Under the pieces are notes generated by a model. That model was given only the letters and a program-made list of their open reading frames with translations, made no database searches and was not told where the DNA came from. From positions 29,942,278-30,005,154 of the forward strand of contig NC_057718.1 of the NCBI RefSeq assembly GCF_004010195.1: a DNA stretch of 62,877 nucleotides, in the 5' to 3' direction. This document shows, piece after piece, positions 36,966 through 51,400 of this stretch. The stretch comes from Chiloscyllium plagiosum. Its lineage: Eukaryota. Position 1 is the stretch's first letter, and each line of letters opens with the position of its first letter. Made by a program: the position numbers and the translations under genes.

Positions 36966-38711
36966 GTATAAATATCGTTATAAGATAATCGTAGTATGTA
37001 TAGAGATTTTAAATTACTGTCTTATTTACAGTTCGAAACCATTTCCAGCCGCTTTAGAAAATTAGAAGTGGGCTTGACCATCTCTATCCCGTTCCCTTTA
37101 CTCCCATAACGACAATGTGCAGCTGTGTTCATAATTCTTCAGACCTGGGCAGCATCCAGTCTTAGGCTAATAAGTAGTTACAGTTGCGCAACTCCGATGT
37201 CTTTAACACTAGGGTGTAACTACCCTTTGACATTAAATAGCAGTACTATTACTAAACACCCTAAATAAATGTCTTAGGAGTGATCATTGACCAGAGGCTG
37301 GATTGAGACAGCCACAATCCTATGGCTACTCGAGGAGATCCGAAAGTGGAGATTCGGTGTCTCCTGGTTCCAAAAGCCTCACCAAGGTATAAATCAGGAG
37401 TGTGAATGACATACTGTCCTTTTTCCTGAATAAGTACTGCACCAACAACTTAGAAACTTGACCTTTATAACATCCAGTTCCTCCTCCATCAGCATACATT
37501 GACTGCAATATATTATCTACTGATGGAACGTGGCAATTTGCCAAAGCTTCTTTAGCATCAGTTTGTAAATGTGAAAACTCCATTACTTATAAGGTCAGAA
37601 GAGGCCACTTTGCCCCTCAAACTTGCTGCAATTTTCAAGCAATCATAACTAATATAGAGTCATAGAGATATACAGCACAGCTTGTCTATGCGGAGCAGAT
37701 ATCCTAAATAAATTTAGTCCCATTTGCCCCATATTGCTTTCAAATCCTTTCTATTAATGTACCCATCCAGATGTGTTTCAAATGTTGCAGTTGTAACAGC
37801 CTCCACCACTTCTTCTGGCAGCTCATTCCATACACATCATTTCCACCCCACTTCCCTAACGGTTTCACATAGCCCTCGAATCCTTCGTAGATCAAAAATC
37901 TATCTAATCCAAACCTGAATATTCTTTAGGGAAGAAAATTTCAGAAAGTAATGATCTACTCAGAAGAAACCCTCCTTTCCTCTGTCTTAAGTGGGAGATC
38001 ATTTATTTTCATATTTCTAGATTTCCCTTTCAGTATCTACCCTGCCAAGATCCAACAGAACTTTTCCATACGAATTTTACCTTCTAAACTTCCATTGTAT
38101 AGGCCCAACTTGTTCAAGTTTTCTTCCAAATGACAATCCCTTCATCCAGAAATTTAGCCGAGTAAAAATACACTGAATTCCTTCCAGTGTAAGTATATCC
38201 CATCTAGACCAAAATAAATTGGCTCTCAGCACTGATCTTTGTGGTACCCTAACTAGTTATTGTTTACCAACCTGAAAATGAACTAGTTAGGCAATTTTGT
38301 AACCATGTTATTATGTCACCCAAAGACAATAAGGTCTTACCTGTGTATACAGAAACACTCATTCAGACCCAAGACCCTGCTGCACCAATTTTGATCATGA
38401 CTGATCATGTATTTGCCTCATCACTGTATTTTTGTATCTTCCCTAAAGCCATAGGTGTTATAGGAACCAGAAATCCATCAAACTCTTAGCTCAAACATAC
38501 TTAATAACTGAGTTTCTCTGGGGTAGAGAATTCCAAAGAATCACCACCTTTTAAGTGGAGAAATTCCGAATAATCATAGCCCTAAATGGCTTGCCTTTAA
38601 TACTGAGATTCTATCCTCTGGTTCTAGACTCGACAGTGAGGGGAAAGCATCAAACAAAACCTCTACTCTGTCCTTTCAAAAAATTTTAGAAGTTTCAATG
38701 GGGTTGTCTCT

Positions 38712-38873
38712 TGTGCATATCTTTGGACCCTGGGAGGAAACCGGAGCACTTGAAGGAAACCCACACAGTTACGGGAGAATGTGCAAACTCCATGCAGACA
38801 TTCACGCAGAGGTAGAATTGAACCTGTGTCCCGAGCACTGTGAGGCCGGAGTTCTAACAACTGAGCCACCATG
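38712..38873 (-). mobile_element. Older HE1-type SINE fragment
   Basis: gggagaatgtgcaaactcca core and tRNA-like head on the reverse strand. Confidence 0.75.
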
Positions 38874-40099
38874 ACAACAATCCAGAGACTACAAATCCTT
38901 AATCTTTCCTTAGCATAGTTCTGTCATGCCAGGAATTGGCCTTATGAACCTCTGCTGCACTTCCTGTAGAGCCGGTTTATTCCTCCTTTTGGCAAGAAGA
39001 CCAGTCTGCATCCAGATTTGATCTCACTGGTGAGGTGAGACCATTGCTTCTGTATTCAATTCCTGTTGTGGTAAAGGCTGGCATTCTCCTTGCCTTCCAA
39101 ACTGCTGCACCTGCATGCCAGCTTTCAGTAACAAATATTTGTCTCCGACCTTCCCTAAGTAGACATGTTACACTTACTTTCAATACGCTGGGACCTTCCC
39201 AAAATCCAGGAGATCTAGAAAATTTTCACTAATGCATTCATTGCATTAGTGAAAACAAAAATATTTAATTCTATCAACTAAACGGAACTTGTCAGCCTTC
39301 AGCACTTTAATTGCACCTGCAGAAACTGAAACACATCAGGAAGGAGGAGCATTGGCTAGATATTTGATACTTGGAGGCAGTAACACTCATTAGGTGGGTA
39401 TTATGAAGATGTGTGTATACTGTAACTTTTAAGAGAGTTAAAAGCAATGGAACTACCTGGCAGCACCAAGTGTTCTGAAAAAAGATATAATGTAACCTTT
39501 TGGTCCAGCAGTTAGGATAGCTGGTTGCCTGGAGACAAAACAGATTCAAATTAGGCCAATCCATTTAAATTATACCTCCCCCTCCAAAAAAAACAACTCC
39601 AATCCAGTTTGAATTTAGTGTATTGATAATCTTAAAAGCTAATGACACATTTTGACACTTTGGGGATATAATACTAGGGAAAATTGAACAGTTGAGAGGA
39701 GAACTGCCAAGCCACCAGCATGTAAAGACTGCCCGAAAAATAGCTCTCTTAAAGGTACTGTTATCAGTAACCTGTACAGCAGAATCCCCGAGAGGACGAA
39801 AAGAAGACAGGAAATCCGAGAAGAACTGAAAGCTGCCTGGTTTTGAGATCATAAGTTTTGTTTTGTAAATCTTAATCGGGATTTCATCGGACCAGTATTG
39901 TAGAGGGGAAAGATAGGTTAGAGGAAGGAATTGTAAATAGTTGTTAGTTAATTATTCTGTATTATACTTTAAGAAATAAATTTAATTTTTACTTTAAATA
40001 GTTCTTGACCTCTCAAATTTTCATAGATTACTGCATGGGATAAATCTTTTCTGTGTTGCTGGTTTAAATTAAACAGGAGGGTTTACCCCATGTTGTAAC

Positions 40100-40580
40100 A
40101 TTGGGATAATCCAATCTCATCAGGACAGGGGAGTGTCACTAAGAGTGAGACAGGTAAGGGCATACAAAAGGTGGGAGTGCAGGAGCTCAACAGGTCTGAG
40201 ATTCTTTAAGCTTGTTTAGATGAGGGTGGGTGTGCAGGATTGATGAGCTGACACACCCTGACACTCTGGTACAACAATCCATTCAATTCAGCGGAACAAA
40301 ATACTATATAGTAGTAGGGGACAGCATAGTGAGGGAGATTGACATTGTACCTTGCAGTAAAGAGTGAGAGGCCAAAAGGCTTAATGCCAGGATTCAGGAC
40401 GTCATCTCAGGGCTTGAAAAGAACTTGGAGTGGCAGCGGAAGATTACAGTTGCTAAAGTCCGTGTAGATATTGAGGCAAGAGGAAAAATAGAAACAAGTT
40501 CTGCATAGTTAGTATAAGGAGCTAGGCATTGAATTAAGAAGCAGAACTTCAAAAGTAATAATCTCTGGGCTATTGCAATA
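40100..40580 (+). mobile_element. Highly degenerate CR1 ORF1 (esterase) fragment
   Basis: gtagtaggggacagcatagtgaggg (VVGDSIVR) and gtaataatctctgggctattg (VIISGLL). Confidence 0.6.
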
Positions 40581-41613
40581 AATCTGGTGCAGAATCAACT
40601 GCAATCAACTTCACACTGTAGATCATGTTTATCCGAAGTATTTAGTTTAGACTTAGACCTGACTGATAAAGCAATATCCATCTGAGAAGTATCTAATACC
40701 TGTGCAAAGGGTCTTTAACATGAATAACTGCTCATGCAGTGATGTTTGAACTCGTTCGAGTTTTCATAGAATTCCTACAGTGTGGAAGCATGCCATTCTC
40801 TCTTTTTACCCCCACCACACGTTTATTATCTTTTAGATTTGCTATTGGGCATCAGCCTTGGGTTGTTGTCTTATTGTCTGGCAACCTTAAGTTGATTTGC
40901 TAGGCAATGAGGGTACTTGTTTTTGTTCTAAAAGTGATATATTCAGAATCATTGTCATCTCCAGGACTGGTTCCATGAGACTGTTCAAACCTAGTAGTCC
41001 AGGCACAGCAGTCTATGATAATTAACTTGATTTGTGATTGTTCTGGAATTGAATTCTACACATAAATGATGTTGTGAGTTGCATTTGAAATTTCTGACTT
41101 TGATCAGGCTGCTTTAGGGAACTTAAAGTATCTTTTACAGTTTTGATCTCTCTATCTAAGAGAGATGCTTTCATTGAGATAGTTCAGTGAAGGTTAATTT
41201 GGCTAATTTCTGGGATGGGGAAAAGTTGGGCCTATACTCATTGGAGTTTGGAAAGATGAGCAGTGACCTTATTGAAACAGGTGATTTTGAGGATTATTGA
41301 GAGGGCTTCCCTTTGTGGAGAAACCAGAGCTAATTCAAAAATAAGCAGTCTGCGTTCAAGGTAAGGAGGAATTTCTTCTTTTAAGATATTTAATTTTTTT
41401 TTACAATTCTCTTAGTGAAGGTGATAGGGTATATTTGAGGCTGAATGAGAGAAATGCTGTTTGAAAAATGAGTCAGGAATTGATGGTACATAACAGTGCA
41501 GTTAATGCCACATTCAGATTGGAACTGCTTCTAAAATACTTCAATTTTTTCTAAAATAAGGTGGTTACTACTGTATACAATACACCAGATATGGTTTCAC
41601 TGATGTCCTGTGC

Positions 41614-41867
41614 AGAATCCCTACAGTGCGGAAGCAGACCATTTAGCCCATGGAGTGTACGCTAGCCCTCTGAAGAGCATCACATCCAGATACATTCCGC
41701 TACCCTACCCTTGTAACCCTGCATTTCCTAACCTGCATTGAATTATGGGAGGAAACCAGATCACTTGAAGAAAACCCATGCAGAAATGGGGAGAATGTGC
41801 AATCTCCAAGCACACAGTCGCCCAAGTAGAGTCGAACACTGAGATAATAGTGCTAGCTACTGTGCCA
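41614..41867 (-). mobile_element. Old HE1-type SINE
   Basis: Degenerate V-domain and tail. Confidence 0.65.
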
Positions 41868-41974
41868 AGCCTATATATTTGAATGTATACTTGCATAACA
41901 TATTTACACTTTGTATTCAATTCCCCTGCAATAAATGATAACATTCTGTTATTTCCGTCTGCATCTCAGAAAGC

Positions 41975-42382
41975 TAGATTAGATTAGATTACTTAAAATG
42001 TGGAACAGGCCCTTCGGCCGAACAAGTCCACACCGATCCACCAAAGCACAACCCACCCAGACACATTTACCCCTTCACCTAACACTATGGGCAATTTAGC
42101 ATGGCCAATTCACCTAACCTGCACATTTTTTGGCCTGTGGGAGGAAACCGGAGCACCCGGAGGAAACCCACGCAGACATGGGGAGAATGTGCAAACTCCA
42201 CACAGTCAGTTTAGATTAGATTAGATTACATTACATTACAGTGTGCAAACAGGCCCTTCGGCCCAACAAGTTCACACCGACCCGCCGAAGCGAAACCCAC
42301 CCATACCCCAGTTGCCTGAGGCGGGACTTGAACCCGGGTTTCTGGTACTGTGAGGCAGCAGTGCTAACCACTGTGCCACCCA
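41975..42382 (-). mobile_element. HE1 SINE with a second HE1 tail nested at about 42210-42309
   Basis: Two (tagat)n tails; the host SINE resumes at cagt after the insert. Confidence 0.85.
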
Positions 42383-42443
42383 CTATCTGAAAATGGTCAT
42401 CATTAAATAATATTTTAAATTTTGTTGTGCCAAAAGAAAACAA

Positions 42444-43643
42444 AATCATGTCTCACAAACTTGATTGAGCTTTTTGAAGAAATAACCAAGAGAATTGAAG
42501 AGTGACCTATATGGACTTCAGTAAGGCGTTCGACAAGATTCCCCATGGGAGACTGATTATCAAGGTTAGATCTCACGGAATACAAGGAGAACTAGCCATT
42601 TGGTTGTTTTTCAGACTGGAGGCCTGTGACCTGTGGAGTGCCCCAAGAATCGGTGCTGGGTCCTCTACTTTTGGTCATTTATATAAATGATTTGCATGTG
42701 AGCATAAGAGGTATAGTTAGTAAGTTTGCAGACAACACCAAAATTGGAGGTGTAGTGGACAGTGAAGAAGGTTACCTCAGATTACAACAGGATCTTGATC
42801 AAATGGGCCAGTGCGCCGAGGAGTGGCAGCTGGAGTTTAATTCAGATAAATGCGAGGTGCTGCATTTTGGGAAAGAAAATCTTGGCAGGACTTATACACT
42901 TAATGGTAAGATCCTAGGGAGTGTTGCTGAACAAAGAGAACTTGGAGTGCAGGTTCATAGCTCCTTGAAAGTGGAGTTACAGGTAGATAGGATAGTGAAG
43001 AAGACGTTTGGTGAGCTTCCCTTTATTGGTCAGAGTATTGAGTACAGGAAATGGGAGGTCATGTTGCGGCTGTACAGGACATTGGTTAGGCCACTGTTGG
43101 AATATTGCGTGCAATTCTGATCTCCTTCCTATCGGAAAGATGTTGTGAAACTTGAAAGTATTCAGGAAAGATTTACAAGGATATTGCCAGGGTTGGACGA
43201 TTTGAGCTATGGGGAGAGGCTACAGGCTTGGGGCTGTTATCCCTGGAGCATCGGAGGCTGAGGGGTCACCTTATAGAGGTTTACAAAATTATGTGGGGCA
43301 TGGATAGGATATCCATGGATAGTCTTTTCCCTGGGGTGGGGGAGTCCAAAACTAGAGGGCATAGGTTTAGGGTGAGAGGGGAAAGATATAAAAGAGACCC
43401 AAGGGCAACTTTTTCACACACAGGTTGGTACGTGTATGGAATGAGCTGCGAGAGGAAGTGGTGGAAGCTAGTACAATTGGAACATTTAAAAGGCATTTGG
43501 ATGGGTATATGAATAGGAAGGATTTGGAGGGATATGGGCTGGGTGCTGGCAGGTGTGACTAGATTGGGTTGGGATATCTGGTTGGCATGGATGGGTTGGA
43601 CCGAAGTGTCTTGTTTCCATGCTGTGCATCTCTATGACTCTAT
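42444..43643 (+). mobile_element. 5'-truncated CR1 LINE, same subfamily as 17319-19352
   Basis: MDFSKAFDK, GVPQESVLGP, KFADNTK, YCVQF; tail ctctatgactctat. Confidence 0.92.
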
Positions 43644-44085
43644 ATCTCCCCACATGATACTCCATTTAATCTGGTGTAAATGGGCACAGCAAATCAGCAA
43701 AAGTAGATGAGTTCATAAAAAAATTGAGTCTCTTTTCTACAAGAATATTTCAGTAAATGTATTGTGTTATGGAATAGGGTTGATCAGAAGTGTTGTAGTA
43801 AAAAAAACTTGGAGGGACTGATGATCAAGTTTCTACTAAAGCTGTTTGAGATGTGGTTAATTCTGAAACTAACATCATAAATTTAAACAGGACCAATTAA
43901 GGGCAGTGGTGAGACAGATTTGAAAATTACATTGAAACACAAAAGTGAGAAGTAACAGCAAATACTTAAATACTTTGTATAATTATGAAGAAATAAAAAA
44001 TGCATTTGAAAAATGAAACTGGCCAACTATAACAATTAAGAATTTATGAGATTAAATAAGAATCTTACAATATTGCCTTTCAGTT

Positions 44086-44404
44086 TTAGATTAGATTACT
44101 TTAGATTAAATTACTTACAGTGTGGAAACAGGCCCTTCTGCCCAACAAGTCCACACCAACCCTCCCAGACCCATTCCACTACATTTACCCCTTCACCTAA
44201 CACTATGGGCAATTTAGCATGGCCAATTCACCTAACCTGCACATCTTTGGACTGTGGGAGGAAACCAGAGCACCTGGAGGAAACCCACGCAGACACAGGG
44301 AGAACGTGCAAACTCCACACAGACAGTTGCCCAAGGTGGGAATTGAACCTGGGTCTCTGGTGCTGTGAGGCAGCAATGCTAACCACTGTGCCACCATGCC
44401 GCCC
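44086..44404 (-). mobile_element. HE1 SINE, full length
   Basis: Complete head, V-domain and (tagat)n tail on the reverse strand. Confidence 0.9.
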
Positions 44405-44407
44405 CAA

Positions 44408-46535
44408 TTGGAATGCCATGCTTCTAGGAATTCTCGTGTGTGTCTGTATTTGGCTTGTCCGAGAATGGAAGTGTTGTCCCAGTCAAAGTGGTGTCCTTCC
44501 TCATCTGTATGTAAGGATGCTAATGATAGTGAGTCATGTCTTTTGGCTAGTTGATGTTCCTGTATCCTGGTGACTAGTTTTCAGCCTGTTTGTCCAATGT
44601 AGTGTTTGTTACAGTTCTTGCAAGGTACTTTGTAAATGACATTCATTTTGCTTGTCTGTATAGAGTCTTTTAAGTTAATTAGCTGCTGTTTTATTGTGTT
44701 GGTAGGTTTGTGGGCTATCATAACGTCAAGAAGTCTGAGTTGTTTGGCAATCATGTCCGCATTGTTTTTGATGTAGAGGAGAGTGGCTTGGGTTTCTGGG
44801 CGCATTTTGCCTACTTGTTTGGGTTTGTTGCTGAGAAATCGGCAGTCTGTGTTTATTTGGTATCCGTTCTTTTTAAATATGTTGTATCGGTGATTTTCCT
44901 CTGCTGTTCGTAGTTCCTATGTGCTGCAGTGTGTAGTGGCTTATCGAAATGATGATCGAATGCAGCTTCGTTTGTGAATGTTGGGATGGTTGCTTCTGTA
45001 GGTCAGTATTTGGTCCATATTTGCTGTTTTCCTGTAAATGCTGGTTTGAAGTTCCTCATTGGCTGTTTGCTCTACTGTGACATTGAGGAATGGCAGTTTA
45101 TTATTGTTCTTCTTCCTCTTTGTGAATTTTATGCCAGTAAGGATGTTATTGATGGTCTTGAAGGTTTTCTGTAATTTGTTTTGTTTTGTGATGACAAAGG
45201 TATCATCCACGTAGCGGACCCAAAGTTTGGTTGGATGGTTGGCAGAGCTGTTTGTCCCAGTCTCTGCATGACTGCCTCTGCTAAGAACACGGACATCGGT
45301 GATCCCATGGGTGTTCCATTGGGTTGTTTGTTTTGTCTTTGGTTCTTCTAATAGTGTTGTCAGTGTTTTTTTGGCCAGCTTGATGTTGATGGATGTGAAC
45401 AGGGCTATTATGTCAAAGGAGACCATTATTTCATCCTCTTTTATCTTGGTGTCTTTGGTGTTCAGGAATTCTTGGGGGAGTGAATAGAGTGGCGTGAGTC
45501 TTCTACTAATTGTTTTAGTCTTTGGTGGAGTTCCTTGGCTAATCTGTACATTGGTGTTCCACGTAGTGAGACTATGGGTCTGAGGGGACTCCTAGTTTGT
45601 GAATTTTGGTTAATCCATAGAGGCGTGTTGGATCCATCTGGTTTCATTTTTGGGAAGTTATCTTCTTTAATTCTCCGGTGTCTACAGGAAAACAACACAT
45701 TCAGACCAAATATTGAACTACAGAAGCAACCATCCCAACACCCGTAAACGAAGCTGCATTAGAACATTATTTCAACGAGCCACCGCATACTGCAGCACAG
45801 AGGAACTATGAAGAACAGAGGAAAATCACCTATAAAACATATTCAAAAAGAATGCCTACTGAATGAACACAGTCCACTGATTTCTCAGCAAGAAACTCAA
45901 ACAAGCAGACAAAACGCGCCCAGAAACCCTAGCCACTTTCCCCTACGCAAAGACATCACGGAAATGATTGCCAGACTACTTACACCTCTTGCCATGGTAG
46001 CCCATAAACCCACTAACGCACTAAAACGGCAGCTAATGAACTTGAAAGACCCTATACAGACAACAAGCAAAACTAATATCATTTACAAAATACCCTGTAA
46101 GAACTATAACAAACAGGCAGAAAACTGGCCACCAGGATACTTGAACATCAACTAGCTGCCAAAGGATATGAGCCACTATCACTAGTATCCTTACATACAG
46201 ATGAAGAAGGACACCACTTTGACTGGGACAACACATCCATGCTAGGACAAGCCAACAGAGACACGCACGAGAATTCCTAGAAGCATGGCATTCCAACCAG
46301 AACGCCATCATAAAAACACATTGATCTACCACCCTCTGATAAAAAGAACCAGAAATGACATCACTAACCCAAGGAAACCTAAACATATAAACAGAAAGTG
46401 AGACATAACACCAATGCTTCACCAGAGGCTGATGATGTTACCTGGTATGCTGACGAAAGGTCTGAAAACGACTTCCAACTCAACGAGCAAACTTATGTCC
46501 AGAACCTCAACCTGAGCTACAGATCTTCTCAAAAT
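44408..46535. mobile_element. Poseidon-type PLE with internal inversion (minus 44408-45680, plus 45681-46535)
   Basis: Minus strand: PLRPIVS, MVSFDI.ALFTSI, WVRYVDDTFVI, NVIYKVPCKNCNKHYIGQTG. Plus strand: NIIYKIPCK and a pLTR with a degenerate hammerhead at 46429-46462. Confidence 0.9.
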
Positions 46536-47949
46536 TGATCAAGCTTATAAAACAAAATATTCAAATAAATTTGCAAAATATATTAAACTAGATAAGAGCA
46601 AAGAAGGAAGAAATCAACAATAGTAAATATTAGTTGCTTAAACAACGTGTAATACTGGTAAATCAGAAAGTAGCTGAGATGCCTCTCAAACATTTTGTAT
46701 CTAAATTCACAGATGAAATAATAAACATACCAGATATTTGGGAAACAGAATGTCTAATAGGAGTGAGGAATTTAATACCATGGATAAAAACGTATTAGAG
46801 AACAAAAATGTGTCAAAAGCTGACAAATCCCCTGGATCCTATTGTCTGTATCCAACTGTTTGAAAAGAAGTAGTTGTAGTTACAATAAATGCATTACTTT
46901 TAGAGTACTAAAATTCCTTAATTCAGGAATGATCCATGTGGATTGGAATGTTGCAAATGTAACCCCACTGTTCAAGAACAATGAGAGAGAAAACAGGTCA
47001 GTTAGTAGTAGGGAAATAATAGATATATTATTAAAGACATTCTAACAGGTCACTTAGGAAAAAATCAGTACACCCAGGCAGAAGCAGAAAGATATTTGCA
47101 AGGGAAATCATGTTTCATAAATCCAGTAGAACATTTCAAGAGTATTACTTGCAAGTCATTGACCAAAAACAAAACTACAAATTAATATACCATTTTAAGG
47201 GATGGCAGAATCACTAGTTGAGTGCCACATAGGTGTAATGATCAGAAACAATGATGATTTGACCTAGTTATCTTTTTCACAATGTTTTCACAGACCCTTC
47301 TTCAAATTTTGCAGACAGATTAAAATGCTTTGTAAACAAAGACCAAGTACAGATAATAAATGCTTTATGTTACACACACTGCGTAAATGTAAACCATAAG
47401 ACACACAAGCAGAAGCCCATTTGGTTTTCTCTGCCATTCACAGAGATTATGGCTGATCGGATAAGTCTTAACTCTACTTTCCTGCCTTTTTCCTCCATAA
47501 CCCTTGATTCCCCTGCTAATTAAAAATCTGTCCATCTCAGTTGTACAGAACTGAATTTAATGATGGTCAAGGCTGCAGACCGAGAGGTGGATTAGGCAAT
47601 TTAATTGGGCAAGAGGTGAAATGTCAAGTCCCTGATTTTGGGGAAATGTCACCGAATTAAGTCGATAAAGATTTGGAGGTGATTTGAGTGTCTCAACAGC
47701 AAATGTTAGAAATCTAACAGTAATGACATAAATGTTTACTAAGATGAAGTGAGACCTTTGTGATTAAACTGGAGACAATTGGGCAACAGCAGGAGAAAAA
47801 TCTGGGAGAAGTTGGCTTTGGGCAATATCTATCTACAGCTCGAAGGTCAGCAAGAGGCATGGTAACTATGCACCAAGGGGCCAGGCTGCTTAGAATGTTG
47901 GCAATAAGGGCGAGTGAAATGACCAACAATAATGACCATATGTCCTCCT

Positions 47950-48340
47950 GAGTGTTGTATGAGAAGCCACCATCTGAATATGCTTGAACAATGTTAAGAT
48001 AATGTCAAATTTTGCTCAGGCTCTCAACAGAGACATTAACTAATTGTGCATGCACATGCTTGAAAGCTATGTTTGATGCTGATGGGATTCAATCCAACAC
48101 CAGTGCCTTCAAAGTCACCAAGAGATTTAGATTTCTCTACCGAAGGTTAGATCACTAAAGCTCCACAGGAACGTCTGTGGTGTCTCATAAGCAGCCATTC
48201 GAGTATGCATCAATGAGTTTGCCAATGCTCTGTTCAAAAAGGTCAATGACTTTGTTATATTCACCACTAATCATGAGAGCTGGACAGCGAGCGAGACTGT
48301 AGGCTTTGGTGCCATCACAGGTTTCCCACAAGTGCAAAAG
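47950..48340 (+). pseudogene. Degenerate PIF/Harbinger (HARBI1-like) transposase fragment
   Basis: Reading across frameshifts gives RLSTETLT, AFKVT, GVS.AAIRVCINEFANALF, GFGAITGFPQVQ, the segment that precedes the first catalytic Asp (GAIDCTH). Confidence 0.5.
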
Positions 48341-48438
48341 TTATAGGCTTGTTAAAACCTACAATGATGGAGACTGATAAATTTTAACAAGATATTTTAA
48401 CTATTTATGGTCAGCTGAAAGATAAAATATTGATAAAT

Positions 48439-51400
48439 GGACTCTGCAAGATGGCAGCGATTCTGTAGAACTGCTGTGGACAACTCTGCCTAACAGCCAA
48501 GGCATACTGGTGTTTTTTGCCATCCCTGGCCAACTTATGTGGTGGAATTATTAGTTTAAAATATGACAACACATATTTGTTAATATTTAGGAGTGGGAAG
48601 GATGCCAAAGGGAAAAGGGGCGAGCAAACAGCAGTAGGGAGGACACTCCCCTGCAGCACCTACTACGCCAGAGACTGCAGCAGCAGCAGCCTCTCCTGAA
48701 CCCCCTGGGGACCTGACAGACTCTCAGGAATTGGCTGCGGCGATGGAGAGACTTACCTTGAAAGTTGGGGCTATGATTGATGAGATCCATGGGGAGATTC
48801 ATGTCCAGATCCAACCTATCACATACATGCTGCAGAAGCATGAGCAGGAAATCCAGGGCCTCAGGGAGCAGCTGGAGGAGGTGGAGAGTCGAAGTAAGGC
48901 CTCGGAAGCTGCGATGGAGTCCTCATCCAGTCGGATCCAGGTGCTGGAGCAAGAGGTGCGGGCCTTGTGAGACCATGTCAACCACCTCGAAAATCGAGGT
49001 CGAAGGATAAAACTCTGAATTGTCAGGCTCCCTGAAAGTGAGGAAGGAGAGCAGCCAGTCAGCTTCTTTGAAAGATGGCTGCCGAAGGTTTTGGGCCTTC
49101 ACATTGAGTCCAGCAGGCTGCAGATTGAAAGGGCTTATTGGGTTACAGTGCACAGGTCAGAGCTAGTGCCACGCCCCTGCCCGGTCCTAGTACACTTCCA
49201 CTCATAAGGAAAAGCAAAATGTAATAGAAGCTTCCAGATCCATGGGAAAAGATCCACAGGCATGCTGTACAAGAGTCAAAAATCATGTTTTTCCAGGATT
49301 TCTCTGCAGCTGTAATTTGAAAGAGGAAGTCCTTCGATGAAGTTAAAAAGAGGCTGAGGAACCTGGGCATCCAGTACTCCATGAGATACCCCACAGTGCT
49401 CCATTTCAGTCATGAGGACTCAGTTTATACATTTGACTCAGTGGATAAAGCTAAAAACTTTGTAGACACTTTAAAATAGACGGATTGGCCTGGAGAATAT
49501 GATTAAAGGTTTTTTCTCTTTTCTATCTTTCCCCATGTTTTCCCTTTTTTTTAAAATCCTTTCTTTCTCCCTATTAATTTCCTTTTTGAAAATGGGGCAA
49601 GAATCCTTGGAATAAGTTATTCCTATTTTATTTAATAACTGGATTTTCTGATGGGAATTTTGTGGATGTTCTTTGTTGTCTGCCCCCCTTTTTCTCGTTC
49701 TGTTCACAAGTAGGGGCGACATGAAGCCAGGGATGGGTGGAGTGCTCATCCTGACTTTGTCTTTTTTCTGTTGATTTAAGGATCATCTCCTTGTTTTTTT
49801 TTTCTGGCCTAAGGCTGGGGCACAGTCTGGGTTTGAAGAAGCTGTGAAGGAGGGGATGGGTAGGGTGAATGACCCCTATGGGCAGGGGGAAGAGTCTTCC
49901 ATTCAAGGTTTTATAGTTGGTTTTCTTTGTAAGTTTTTTGTAGTAATAGTTGTTTATAGTTATGATAGAGTAGTTTTTGTATATATAGTTCTTAAACTCT
50001 ATGAGTCTTTATTTACTTGTGTTCGATGCTTTGTAAGCAGGGTTCTCCCTTCCAGGGGTTCAAATTCTCTGAAAGGGGATATGGCTAAGTGTCTTATTAA
50101 ATGGTGTGCACCTGGAACATTAAGGGAAGACATTCACCTGTTAAAAGGAAAAAAGTGCTTTCTAGCCTTAAGAGGGGAAGAGTTGATATTGCTTGGTTGC
50201 AGGAAACCCATCTTGATGATGGGAAACACCTGAAATTACAACAGGGGGGTTATGAACGGGTATTCTTTTCATCCTTTACTACTAAAAGTAGGGGGGTAGC
50301 GGTACTTATCCAGAAAAATCTTCCATTCACATTATTAGAGCAGGTCAAAGATGAGCAGGGACGGTTTGTGATACTTAAAGCCCTGATACATATGGGTGGA
50401 ATATAGCACTTTAAATGTCTACTGTCTTCTGGCACATCCCCTAAAATTTTTGATTAGTGCTTTCTCTAAGTTGAGTGGTTTTGGAACACGGCACATTGTT
50501 ATAGGGGGGGATTTTAATTGTCTTTTGGATCCGACAGTGAACAGGATACCTTGTGGGTCCTCAACTATTTCTTCGCAGGCCAAGCAGGTGATTGACTTTA
50601 TGCGACGAGTTGGGGCTGGTGGATATTTGGAGATGTCTTCACCCTACCGGCAGGGACTTCACCTTTTCTTCAAATCCACATAAATGTCACATGAGGATTG
50701 ACCTCTTTCTGGCTCCCTTGGCCCTCCTGGATTCAATTATGAGTTGTAAAATTGGGGATATAGCTATCTCTGATCATGCAGCAGTATATTTGGAGGTTAA
50801 GGCCAAGAGTGAAGGGCTAGGTTTGCGACACTGTCGTTTGAACCCTTTTCTCCTTAAGGATTCCAAATTTGTGGAATACGTTTTGAAGGAGTTTCAGGAA
50901 TTCTTGACTATCAACTCAGGCACGGCTAGTAGTCCGCCTATGCTATGGGAGACTGCTAAGGCCTTTGCTAGGGGATTAGCTATTTCCTATTCGGCTAGCC
51001 GGAAATGACAAGGAGGAACAGCAGCGTCTACTTGAGACGTGGTTGAAAGCCGCCAAGGCAGCACATTTTGCGCGGCCTTCAGTGACTAAGCTACAGTGGA
51101 TCACGGCCCTCCGGGCTGCCTTGAATTCAATACTGACACAAAAAGGAAAGAAAGACCTTGCTTTTGCTAGACAAAGGCTGTTCGAATATGGGGATAGCCC
51201 AGGGAAGTATTTAGTATACCTGTTTAGGAAAAAGCGTGCTCCCCAATCCATTTCTGTAATCAGAGACAGCGCCGGGGTCCTTACATACGCTGCTAAAAAA
51301 GATTAATGAGGCTTTTCAGAGCTTTCACTCTGAATTGTATTGGTCTGAAGGTTGCGAGGACAGGAAGGCTAAAATGGAGATTTTTTTAAGAGCCTGGACC

